A DNA stretch of 64,000 nucleotides from Eubacteriaceae bacterium UBA6119 (GTDB lineage Bacteria > Bacillota > Clostridia > Eubacteriales > UBA1433). The stretch's first letter is position 1. Each line of letters opens with the position of its first letter. Position numbers and translations under genes: made by a program. Of this stretch, positions 27,201 to 35,200 are shown in pieces. The notes under the pieces are model-generated. The model did not search any database. It saw only the letters and a list, made by a program, of their open reading frames with translations, and had not been told where the DNA came from. Location: NCBI GenBank assembly GCA_002423395.1, contig DIVZ01000005.1, forward strand, positions 383,016-447,015, given 5' to 3'.

Positions 27201-28661
27201 TATTATTATAAAGTTTTGGCATACACTACAGCAAACGGCGTTACAACTTACAGCGCGTATTCATCGGTTAAATACGCAAAAGTTATACCTTCAATACCTA
27301 CAGCTTCGGCAGCGTCTTATAACTATAACAGCATAAGAGTAGGATGGAGCGCAGTTTCCGGCGCAAGCGGGTACGAATTATATAAAGCAGCATCTGAAAC
27401 AGGAAGTTATACATTATTAAAAGCTACAACTTCCAGTTATTATATACATACATCATTATCAACAGGAAGTAATTATTATTATAAGGTAAGAGCATACCGT
27501 CTTGTAGGCAGGACAAAAGTATACGGAGCTTTTTCATCCGTGACTTCAGCAATGCCTGTGCCGTCCGCTCCTACGCCTGCAGCTGTGAGCGCAGGATATA
27601 CGAGCAATAAAATAAGCTGGGCTGCAGTAAGCGGAGCAAGCGGTTATGAATTGTATAAGACAGACGTAAACGGCGAGATACAAAGTCAATTGGATATTGC
27701 GCCTGAAACGGCTATAAGCTATACGCATGAAGGCCTTACAACAAATACGCCTTATTACTATAAAGTTAAGGCATACAGAACAGTAAACGGAAATAAGGTA
27801 TATGGTCCGTACAGTAAAATAGTTACGGCAATACCGGTACCGTCCGCACCGACTGTTAAAGTAACGCTTAATTCTTACAACAGTTTAAACATTACATGGA
27901 ATGAAATAGACGGAGCAGATAAGTACGAAATAAGCCGCTCAACATCAAGCGCAAGCGGGTATGCTCCGATATATACAACCGATACTTTAAGTTATACAGA
28001 TGCCGGTCTTGCAACAGGAAAAACTTATTATTATAAAGTAAGAGCATTAGTTGAAGACACTCCTATTGTATACGGAGATTATTCTAAAGTAACAAGCTTA
28101 AAAGTAATACCAACGACACCTGTAATAAAGGTAAGTGTTTATACATACACAAGTCTTAAAATAAGCTGGAACGAGGTAGAAGGGGCAACGGGATACAGGG
28201 TATACAGAGCCACGTCGAGCTCGGGAACATACACTTATCTTGGTGCGACAACTTCTACATCATATACAAGTACAGGGCTTGCAACGGGTAAATATTATTA
28301 CTATAAAGTTTTGGCATACACTACAGCAAACGGCGTTACTACTTACAGCGCTTATTCATCGGTTAAGTACGCTAAAGTTACACCTTCAACGCCTACAGCC
28401 TCGGCTGAGTCTTATAGCAGTAACAGCATAAAAATAAGTTGGGGAGCTGTAAGCGGTGCTACTATGTATGAGCTTTATTGGGCGGCATCCGAGAGCGGAA
28501 ACTATACGTTTTTAAAATCGACAACAGCAGCATACTTTATTCATAAACAATTATCTGAAGGAAGCGTTTATTACTATAAAGTAAGAGCGTATCATCTGGA
28601 AGGAAGTACGAAAGTGTACAGTTCGTATTCGCAGGTTGTATACGCTACGCCTGCCCCGTAA
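21264..28661 (+). CDS. Giant secreted multi-repeat protein: signal peptide, three [header + LRR + Listeria-Bacteroides (Flg_new) repeat] modules, then seven FN3-like domains
   Basis: Single uninterrupted ORF. ATG 21264 follows GAGGG (the track opens at GTG 21252). Signal peptide ICLLVFVFFLFLVPSAVNA. LRR units match LxxLxCxxNxLTSLDLSxNxx. GW(Y/F)K...W(N/D)F...TLYAKW units are present. FN3-like units match SWxxVxGAxGYxxYR...YYYYKV.AY. I see no LPXTG, SLH or other anchor at the C-terminus. Confidence 0.9.
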   Translation: MKVRKIICLLVFVFFLFLVPSAVNAYDYNGVTYNDNDFYKLQTFLNQPSAVEGKTNGQQLNAAYDANDPTTWTGVTWGNGRVTKVDFSYKNYISGELNLSDFTELSIINCYSNSIDSIDLNNDIKLKSLNCQNNNIKEIRGINQTTSITTTGCGYFNLNTSTYPKAYVNAYTSSYSKFLNWTIDGTIVSTSKEYAMNSDISGNLSANFSNPYYSVYFNCNGGSIIESRMVEQGSKTAKPEAPTKTNYIFDGWYKDADLTTLWDFESDTITQNTILYAKWKGIDCTVNFVHNDGTGNITSVTAKYGALITPPSNLPQREDCIIGGWFTISDTGTYWNFNINKVITTDVTLYAGWYDKNDFNKIKTFLSMPSAQEGKTNAQCFNLNSNYFSIEIPATWPGVIWSATPIKKVQSINWSDKAFWGILDLSNMSTLSSVSIINCSISGINVDGVSGLKSLICSNDNLSEINFGTNLSLETLDCSHNLITSLDLSQNISLKELNCTGNRLSTLNVSSNKALSILNCSANLLTSLNLAQNTVLTSLTCTWNKLTALDVSYNKNLTYLNCSYNYLIDINTSQNNYLNYIDCSSNNINSIDVSGTVLLDTLHCEHNNLTSLNFSYNIYLKYLYCWDNNISSLDLSNNRQLLELYCGDNLITSLNLTTNTLLAKLSCYSNSLTSLNISQNVNLVYIECYLNQLTKLDVTNNIKLISIVCYDNNLTSLNLSQNTALVGLYCQSNKITSLDLSHNTVLRYLKCYSNKLESLNLLHCAKLDEINCSKNLLTQLDVSRIELLDDLYCNDNQLSSLKINEYLRKLYCNNNKLATLDLSTNRGYLHELDCTNNQLKTLDFLGFNWNHLKCSGNQFKNITAPIGSLYNIINIISKSNGYVSIEYKNSQLSLIAEPYPDTSLVNWTVENNIISDSNTYINTSFLNGETITANFSKASVTFNSLGGSEVDVITTECASAITAPAAPVKSGYAFAGWYKEHEYINEWNFETDVVTENTTLYAKWNNNENICTVIFDTNGGGVIYDIGVETGATLTRPAELVRDGFVFCGWYKEETFDNLWDFENDKVTTTTTLYASWCPIGYKEYDYFKIQRIFNRPSSTQGMTIGECLNYSYYYISGKYNIEDPSTWDSVTWQIINNKKYVKKIHWGYHLNGDIDLSNLSALTELNIYNSNINVLDLSNNTALTYIMCNNNNITSLNLNNDSALTYLDCSDNLLTSINLSNFPLLQTFECIENNITTLDLSNNKKLSKIDCSWNKLILIKISNNNKIQDFISNGNGYLYINTDSYPECSVNIWEYAGSNFNSWTYANGAQISTYRSYIITSNSNENIYANFYQTITFYNGTGGVYASAKLPYNSKVTLPNEPIRTGYKFAGWYKESECINPFDFNMETVTQNINLYAKWSINNYTVIFKNGETILNSITVDYNTKLNEPEQPTKEGSTFAGWYYSELNKIWDFNLNAVSKNVTLYAIWESNYIVIFNSQGGSAIDIVSAPASSLLIEPSQPTRENNTFLGWYKESQCINEWNFDTNIVSNSMTLYAKWNTNKVTFESNGGSAADSVWVPFGEAVTQPNIEKTGYTLAGWYKESNFVNKWNFTNNKVTFDTTLYAKWNINNYTVSFDSKGGNTINNLIANYDSTLSAPTIPSKTGYTFAGWYKDDEFTSAWNFANDTVLENITLYAKWNINSYKVTFSSNGSSTGTLIINYNSKITEPITPKRSSYTFFGWYKESSLINQWNFNEDLMPANNIILYAKWIYNSEQITALPNYISFGTVTGAGKYAPNASATLIATPSDGYYFVHWLEGTNVVSTDSTYTFTVTNERALTAVFTKVQIPILTSVQSAGYNSIKLSWNGVEGATGYDIYRSTSSSGTYSKIGTSSVISYTDTALTAGKYYYYKIKAAYTSGSQTTYSSFSAVKYAKPIPATPVITSIASTGYDRIKLGWNAVEGATGYRIYRATSSSGTYAYLGVTTSTSYTSKGLISGKYYYYKVLAYTTANGVTTYSAYSSVKYAKVIPSIPTASAASYNYNSIRVGWSAVSGASGYELYKAASETGSYTLLKATTSSYYIHTSLSTGSNYYYKVRAYRLVGRTKVYGAFSSVTSAMPVPSAPTPAAVSAGYTSNKISWAAVSGASGYELYKTDVNGEIQSQLDIAPETAISYTHEGLTTNTPYYYKVKAYRTVNGNKVYGPYSKIVTAIPVPSAPTVKVTLNSYNSLNITWNEIDGADKYEISRSTSSASGYAPIYTTDTLSYTDAGLATGKTYYYKVRALVEDTPIVYGDYSKVTSLKVIPTTPVIKVSVYTYTSLKISWNEVEGATGYRVYRATSSSGTYTYLGATTSTSYTSTGLATGKYYYYKVLAYTTANGVTTYSAYSSVKYAKVTPSTPTASAESYSSNSIKISWGAVSGATMYELYWAASESGNYTFLKSTTAAYFIHKQLSEGSVYYYKVRAYHLEGSTKVYSSYSQVVYATPAP
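22539..23835 (+). repeat. Array of about 19-20 consecutive 21-residue (63-nt) leucine-rich repeats inside the giant CDS
   Basis: Units such as LETLDCSHNLITSLDLSQNIS and LKELNCTGNRLSTLNVSSNKA recur in phase. Confidence 0.85.
26754..28658 (+). repeat. Seven tandem FN3-like domains (about 90 aa each) at the C-terminus of the giant CDS
   Basis: Recurrent S(W)N.V.GA.GY..YR.....G.Y......T..SYT...L..G..YYYKV.AY pattern. Confidence 0.8.
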
Positions 28662-28731
28662 TTTCCGATAAATAAGTTATATAGATAAATAATATTAATT
28701 GAATGTATCCTAAAAATATACGAAATGAAAG

Positions 28732-28750
28732 CAGCCGCATTATGCGGCTG
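28732..28750. terminator. Hairpin between convergent genes (cagccgca-tta-tgcggctg)
   Basis: 8-bp GC-rich stem with weak T-tracts on both sides. Confidence 0.55.
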
Positions 28751-28766
28751 TGTTTATATATAAGAA

Positions 28767-29507
28767 TTATGATCTGTTAAATAGATTAAGAGTTTTTTCG
28801 AACGGTTCGTAGCGGTATTCGCTAAGGACAAACAGGTGCTCACCTACATCCATCATTAACAGTTCTTTATCTTTGGATTTTATATGTTCATACAGATACT
28901 CGGAGCTTTTCGGATAAACTATTGTGTCGTCGAGAGTATGAACAATAAGCGCGGGGGCAGTGATTTTTTCCGACATATTATTTTCCATGAAATTACGTCC
29001 CATTGCGCCGATTTGTTTGTAGAAACCTATCGGGATATATTCATAATGAACATGATATTGTCTATACAATCCGACTTTTCCTTCCATTGTTCTGAAAACA
29101 TAGTCAGTGCCTGTCGCTTCTCCCATTCCCGGAGGCACTTCGCCTATTGGCATAAGTCCTGCCGCGTATGTAGCAAAACCTGAAAGCTCAGGATGAGATG
29201 CCGCAAGATAGGCGGCTGTGAGGCCTCCTAAAGATATGCCTGCCACAAATAGCTTGTCATAGTTCTTTGCTTTCATTTTTTCAAAATCTTTTTCCGCTTT
29301 ATCTATTATGTCCTGGTATTTTGTTTTTGCCAGATCTTCTTTGGTTGTGCCGTGTCCAGCCATGTTTACTCCGTAAACTGTATAGCCGTGGCAATTGAGA
29401 AAATTGGCAAGAGGACGCAATTGAGATGATCCAGAAGTCGCACCGTGAATAAGCATTACGGCTTTATTATTCCAGCCGTTAAAAATGTATTCCTTGTTTC
29501 TAAACAT
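28767..29507 (-). CDS. Alpha/beta-hydrolase (carboxylesterase / monoacylglycerol-lipase-like)
   Basis: HGATSG oxyanion region, nucleophile elbow GISLGG and a C-terminal D...H (DDTIV, GEHLF). Confidence 0.85.
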   Translation of the reverse strand: MFRNKEYIFNGWNNKAVMLIHGATSGSSQLRPLANFLNCHGYTVYGVNMAGHGTTKEDLAKTKYQDIIDKAEKDFEKMKAKNYDKLFVAGISLGGLTAAYLAASHPELSGFATYAAGLMPIGEVPPGMGEATGTDYVFRTMEGKVGLYRQYHVHYEYIPIGFYKQIGAMGRNFMENNMSEKITAPALIVHTLDDTIVYPKSSEYLYEHIKSKDKELLMMDVGEHLFVLSEYRYEPFEKTLNLFNRS

Positions 29508-29676
29508 AATATACCTCCGAATTAGTATACTCTTATATTAACACGTAAGCATGTTATTGACAATAAACGGATATTGTTTTATTTCAATAAGTTTGACAAT
29601 TTCTACAAACGGAAATACAATTAATTAAAAGCTATATGATATTAAGTTTATTACAACAAATGAGGAATAGAGCAGT

Positions 29677-30951
29677 ATGCCTAAAATTGCAGTAATAGCA
29701 GATGATTTAACGGGGGCAAACGCAACAAGCGTTTTACTTACAAAGCAGGGTTTTTCCGCAATTACATACCTTAATGAGAGTAAATTTATCAGCGATACAA
29801 ATAAAACGGCGGACGTGATTTCTATAAGCACAAGCTCAAGGGGCATGGGCGAAAAAGAAGCATACGAGGCAGTAATAAAAGCTGTTAATAAATTTGCAGA
29901 AGAAAAAGTAGCTGTATACAGCAAAAGAATAGACAGCACTTTAAGAGGAAATATAGGGGCTGAAATTAAAGCAATGCTGGATTATCTTAAAGATTATACC
30001 GCAATTACGGTACCTGCGTATCCTGCTTCTAAAAGGACATGCGTTAAAAGTGCGGTTTATGTAAACGGCTTATTGTTAGAAGAAACAGACGCGGCAAAAG
30101 ATACTAAAACGCCTGTAAATTGTTCAAATGTCTGCGAAATAATAAAAAAGCAGTATAACGGCGCTGTCACTTCGATTACTATAGATTTTGTAAGCAAAGG
30201 CGTTTGTTTTATAAAAGAAAAGATAATATCCGCAAAAAGGGAGGGATACAGGGTTATTGTTATTGATGCGGTTAATGATGAAGATATAGAGCTCATTGCT
30301 CAGGCAGTAAAAGAGACCGCGGTTAAAGTATTCCCGGTTGACCCGGGACCATTTACTGCTGCGCTTGCGAGAGAATTATTGCCAAAGAAGAATAAAAAGA
30401 TTTTTTTAGCAATAGGAAGCGTAACAGAGCTTACTAAAATACAAGTTGACAGCCTTAAAAAGGCGCATAGCGCTCTTTTAGCAAAAATTAATTGCAGAAA
30501 TTTATTAACCAGTGAAGGCTTTGAGACGGAACTTATAAAAGCAGATGAATTAATAACGAAAAAAATAAATGACTGCAGAATTATGGGAATTATTGCAGAT
30601 TCGGCAGAAATGATAAATTTAAAAAGCGAGTCGGAAAAACTAAACATAACGCAGGATGAATTGTCGGGATTAATTTCAAACAGAATTGCTCAAATCGCTA
30701 AGACAATAATGGACAAATTGTCAAATAGTATTGGCGGCATATACACAAGCGGAGGAGATATTACCGTAGCGGTGTTAGAAGCTTCTAATGCAGACGGGAT
30801 TTATATAAAGAATGAGGTGCTGCCGCTCGCGGTATACGGAAGTGTTATAGGCGGGTCATACGATAATCTTTTAATAATAACCAAAGGCGGACTTGTCGGA
30901 GACGAGCAGGCATTAGTTGAATGCGTAAATTATATGCTATTAAGAATATAA
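29677..30951 (+). CDS. Four-carbon acid-sugar kinase family protein (DUF1537; threonate/erythronate/3-oxo-tetronate kinase class)
   Basis: N-terminal IADDLTGANAT motif, about 420 aa, with a PdxA-family gene directly downstream. Confidence 0.85.
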   Translation: MPKIAVIADDLTGANATSVLLTKQGFSAITYLNESKFISDTNKTADVISISTSSRGMGEKEAYEAVIKAVNKFAEEKVAVYSKRIDSTLRGNIGAEIKAMLDYLKDYTAITVPAYPASKRTCVKSAVYVNGLLLEETDAAKDTKTPVNCSNVCEIIKKQYNGAVTSITIDFVSKGVCFIKEKIISAKREGYRVIVIDAVNDEDIELIAQAVKETAVKVFPVDPGPFTAALARELLPKKNKKIFLAIGSVTELTKIQVDSLKKAHSALLAKINCRNLLTSEGFETELIKADELITKKINDCRIMGIIADSAEMINLKSESEKLNITQDELSGLISNRIAQIAKTIMDKLSNSIGGIYTSGGDITVAVLEASNADGIYIKNEVLPLAVYGSVIGGSYDNLLIITKGGLVGDEQALVECVNYMLLRI

Positions 30952-30968
30952 AGGAGCGGATAAAATAA

Positions 30969-31964
30969 ATGACAAAACCTTTTGTAGGCGTATCGACAGG
31001 GGACCCCAGCGGCGTGGGGCCTGAAATTACTGTTAAAGCTCTTGCGCACAGTGAAATATACGATATTTGCAAACCCGTTATATGCGGGGACGAGCGAGTT
31101 GTAAAAAAAGCGATTAATATATGCGGACTAGATTTAAGTATTAACATTACAGACAATCCGCAAGACGGGTTATACAAAAAAGGGACTATTGACATTGTCA
31201 ATATTGAAAACATAGATATGTCAAGGTTTGAATACGGACAGATTTCCGCACAGTGCGGAAGGGCCGCTTATGAATATATCGAAAAAATAACGCGTTTTGC
31301 CATTGATAAGAAGCTTAATGCTATAGTGACTGCTCCTATTAACAAGGAGGCGCTTAAAGCGGCGGACATTCCTTTTATAGGACATACTGAGATACTTCAA
31401 AATTTGACTGGAACTTATAACCCGCTGACAATGTTTCAGGTATATGATTTGCGCGTGTTTTTCCTCTCGAGGCATGTTTCGTTAAAAAATGCTTGCGAAA
31501 TGGTTAAAAAAGACAGAGTATATGAGTTCATAAAAAGATGTAACGAAGCCTTGATAAGGCTTGGAGTTGAGAAACCCAAACTCGCGGTATCGGGATTAAA
31601 TCCGCATAGCGGCGAACACGGTCTTTTCGGAGATGAGGAAGTAAAAGAGATAATGCCCGCAATTGAGCTAGCAAAAGATGATGGAGTGGACGTATGCGGA
31701 CCGGTGCCTGCAGATAGCGTTTTTGTATTCGGTCTTAGAGGCAGGTATGACGCGGTGTTGTCGCTTTATCATGACCAAGGACATATTGCTGCTAAGATGG
31801 TTGATTTTGAACGCACAATATCAATTACAAACAATATGCCGTTTATAAGAACGTCTGTAGATCACGGAACCGCATTTGATATTGCGGGAAAGGCAATTGC
31901 AAGCGAAGTTAGCATGGTCGAGGCGATAATACTCGCGGCTAAGTACGGAAAATATTTTAATTAA
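30969..31964 (+). CDS. pdxA2: PdxA-family 4-phospho-hydroxy-acid dehydrogenase (decarboxylating), PdxA2-type by context
   Basis: Motifs GDPSGVGPEI, GHTE, NPHSGEHGLFG, YHDQGHI and SVDHGTAFD. It is paired with a DUF1537 kinase. Confidence 0.85.
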   Translation: MTKPFVGVSTGDPSGVGPEITVKALAHSEIYDICKPVICGDERVVKKAINICGLDLSINITDNPQDGLYKKGTIDIVNIENIDMSRFEYGQISAQCGRAAYEYIEKITRFAIDKKLNAIVTAPINKEALKAADIPFIGHTEILQNLTGTYNPLTMFQVYDLRVFFLSRHVSLKNACEMVKKDRVYEFIKRCNEALIRLGVEKPKLAVSGLNPHSGEHGLFGDEEVKEIMPAIELAKDDGVDVCGPVPADSVFVFGLRGRYDAVLSLYHDQGHIAAKMVDFERTISITNNMPFIRTSVDHGTAFDIAGKAIASEVSMVEAIILAAKYGKYFN

Positions 31965-32001
31965 TATCAATGAAATAAGATTAATTCAAATATAATTTTT
32001 T

Positions 32002-32032
32002 AATATCGGCTGCATAAAGCCGATATTTTTTT
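32002..32032 (+). terminator. Rho-independent terminator
   Basis: aatatcggc-tgcataaa-gccgatattttttt. Confidence 0.8.
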
Positions 32033-32236
32033 ATATTTATAAAAAATGAACGTTAAATTTTTATTAAAATTGATTTGTAATAATTTGCATATTAATTTTA
32101 ATATATTTTTTTTAGAAATTTGTAAAAAAAAATAAAAAAATGACTAATTTATGACTAGACAAAACTATAATTCAAATACAAAGGTATTATTATACGTTAA
32201 ATTTATTTAATTCCTGGATATATAAGGAGGAAATTT

Positions 32237-35200
32237 ATGAAAGCGAAGAAAATAACGGCGATATTATTGATAGTGTTAATGCTTCTAAGCTTTAGCCCGA
32301 CCAATATATACGCTTGTGTAACACCAGATCCGACACCTATAACCGTAACGGTTAATGTTGATCAGAAACACGGCAACGATACACATGATTTTGCTAATTA
32401 TACACTGCATTTAAATCAGGCGCAGTCAGACGCGCTGGCTTTGCTAAGCAATATTTCATTATCTAACTCATTGTACAATTCGTACGGAGTGCTTGCTGAT
32501 AAATTTTCACAACCTGTTAACGCAAGCGATTTGTACGGAGATGGGCAGATAGTATATCAGCAGATTGATGCTACGCACTATTATGTTTATATTTTGCTGA
32601 AAGAAGGCGGACCATTTTATACGGTAACGTTCTTAACTAGCGCAGGGGGTTCGTTCGCTGCAGGAGCGCAAACGGTATTTGGCGGTATAGAAAACGGCAC
32701 AAGATGGAACAGTGTTCCGATAGTTGTGCCTGCAACCGTAGCTAATGCCGGTTATGTATTTGATTCGTGGACTCCGAGCATACCGACTAATAATCCGAAA
32801 ATCAGGCAGGATCTTACATATACAGCGAGCTTTGTAAAAGATCCAGCGCAATGGAATACGATAAATTTTGTATCTAACGGAAACGGGACACTTTCCGGAA
32901 CAACAACATACTCAGATATCTTAGACGGCACAACATGGAGCAGCGCAATAACGGCATTACCTACTCCGGTCGCGGCTGCAGGATTCAAGTTTGACCACTG
33001 GAGCCCTTCAATACCGGAAGGTTCGAGCGCAATAAATGACAGCGCAACATATACAGCATACTTTGTAATAGATCCAGACCAATATAATACGATAAACTTC
33101 GTATCAGCCGGAAACGGAACTCTTAGCGGTACAACAACATACTCAGATATCTTAGACGGCACAACATGGAGCAGCGCAATAACGGTATTACCTACTCCGG
33201 TTGCAGCTATAGGATTTGAGTTTGACTACTGGAGTCCGTCAATACCGACAGGCTCAAGCGCAATAAACGACAGCGCAACATACACAGCATACTTTGTTGC
33301 GATTGACTATACAATAACATACAACAACATACTTCCTACAGATACGAATACTAACCCTGCAAGCTATGTAAAAGCTGATACACCAATAACATTAGCTGAC
33401 GCGGCAAGACTGGGTTACACATTCGGCGGCTGGTATGATAACGTAGGACTTACAGGCTCTGCAGTAACAAGCATAGCAGACGGAACAACAGGCAACTTAA
33501 CATACTGGGCAAAATGGACTCAGGATGAATATACAATCACATATAACAATATACTTCCTACAGATACGAATACTAACCCCGCAAGCTATGTTGAAGCTGA
33601 TACACCAATTACATTAGCTGACGCATCAAGACTTGGTTATACATTCGGCGGCTGGTATGATAACGTAGGACTTACAGGCTCTGCAGTAACAAGCATAGCT
33701 GACGGAACAACTGGCAACTTAACATACTGGGCGAAATGGACTCAGGATGAATATAGCATAACATACAACAACATACTTCCTACAGATACCAATAGTAACC
33801 CGGCAACATACAAAGAAGATCAGACATCATTTGCACTTAATAACGCAGTAAGATTTGGCTGGACATTCTTAGGCTGGTATGATAACGCGGAACTTAGCGG
33901 AGCACCGATAACTGCCGTAGCCGAAGGAACAACAGGAAGCCTTACATACTGGGCTAAATGGGAAAAAGACGCAAGTTTGTGGTATGATGTAAACTTTACT
34001 ACAAACGGTCACGGAACACTAAGCGGAACGGCAAGCTATAACGATATTTTGGATGGAACAGTATGGAATACTGTTATAACAGTACCTACTCCGATACCGA
34101 ATGTAGGATATAAATTAGGTGCGTGGTCTCCGAATATCCCCAACGGAACATCACAGATTAAATCTGATTTGACATTTACATATAATTTTAAAGCCATTAA
34201 ATATGATATTAATTATGTACTCAACGGCGGAATAAATGATTGGCGCAATCCTAATAAATATACAATAGAAGATACAGTAAATTTCCATAATCCTTACAGA
34301 TTAGGATATACATTCCAAGGCTGGTATGCGACATCAGATTTCACAGGTTCGCCTGTTACAGGCATTTCTCAAGGAACTACAGATAATGTAAAACTGTATG
34401 CGAAATGGGAAAAAGATCCGGCTTACTGGAACGATGTTAACTTTACAACGGACGGACACGGAACTTTAAGCGGAACAACAAGCTATACAGATATATTTAT
34501 AGGAACGCCATGGTTCTTGGCAATAGATTCAGTACCGACGCCTATAGCTGATGCGGGATATGAATTTAACGTATGGAGCCCCAAACTTCCAAAATGGTAT
34601 AATCTGATATGGGCAGACGCAACATATATGGCAGACTTTGTTCCGATTGATTACAGTATATCTTATGTACTTAACGGCGGTATAAACAATGCAGGAAACT
34701 TGACGACATACAATATCGAAAGCAGCACAATAACTCTGCTTGACCCGTCATACTACGGTTACACATTCCTGGGATGGTATGACAATGAAGAACTTACAGG
34801 TGCTGCGGTAACAACCATTCCGACAGGCAGCACGGGAGACAAGACATTCTATGCTAAATGGGAAAAAGACGCAAGTCTGTGGTATGATGTAAACTTCACA
34901 ACAGACGGCAACGGCACACTTACAGGCACAACAAGTTTTGCTGATATACTTAACGGAACGATATGGAATACAGTCGTAACAATACCGACAGCAACACCCA
35001 AAGCTGGATATGTATTTAACGGCTGGACTCCGGTTCTTCCGGCGGCAACATCAGCTATAACAAAAGATGTAACGTATAAAGCAAACTTTAGAGCCATAGT
35101 TTATGACATAACATATATATTAAACGACGGAACAAACAGCGCAGATAATCCCGCAACATATACAGTAAACAGCGGAACAATTACTTTTGCTGATCCGACA

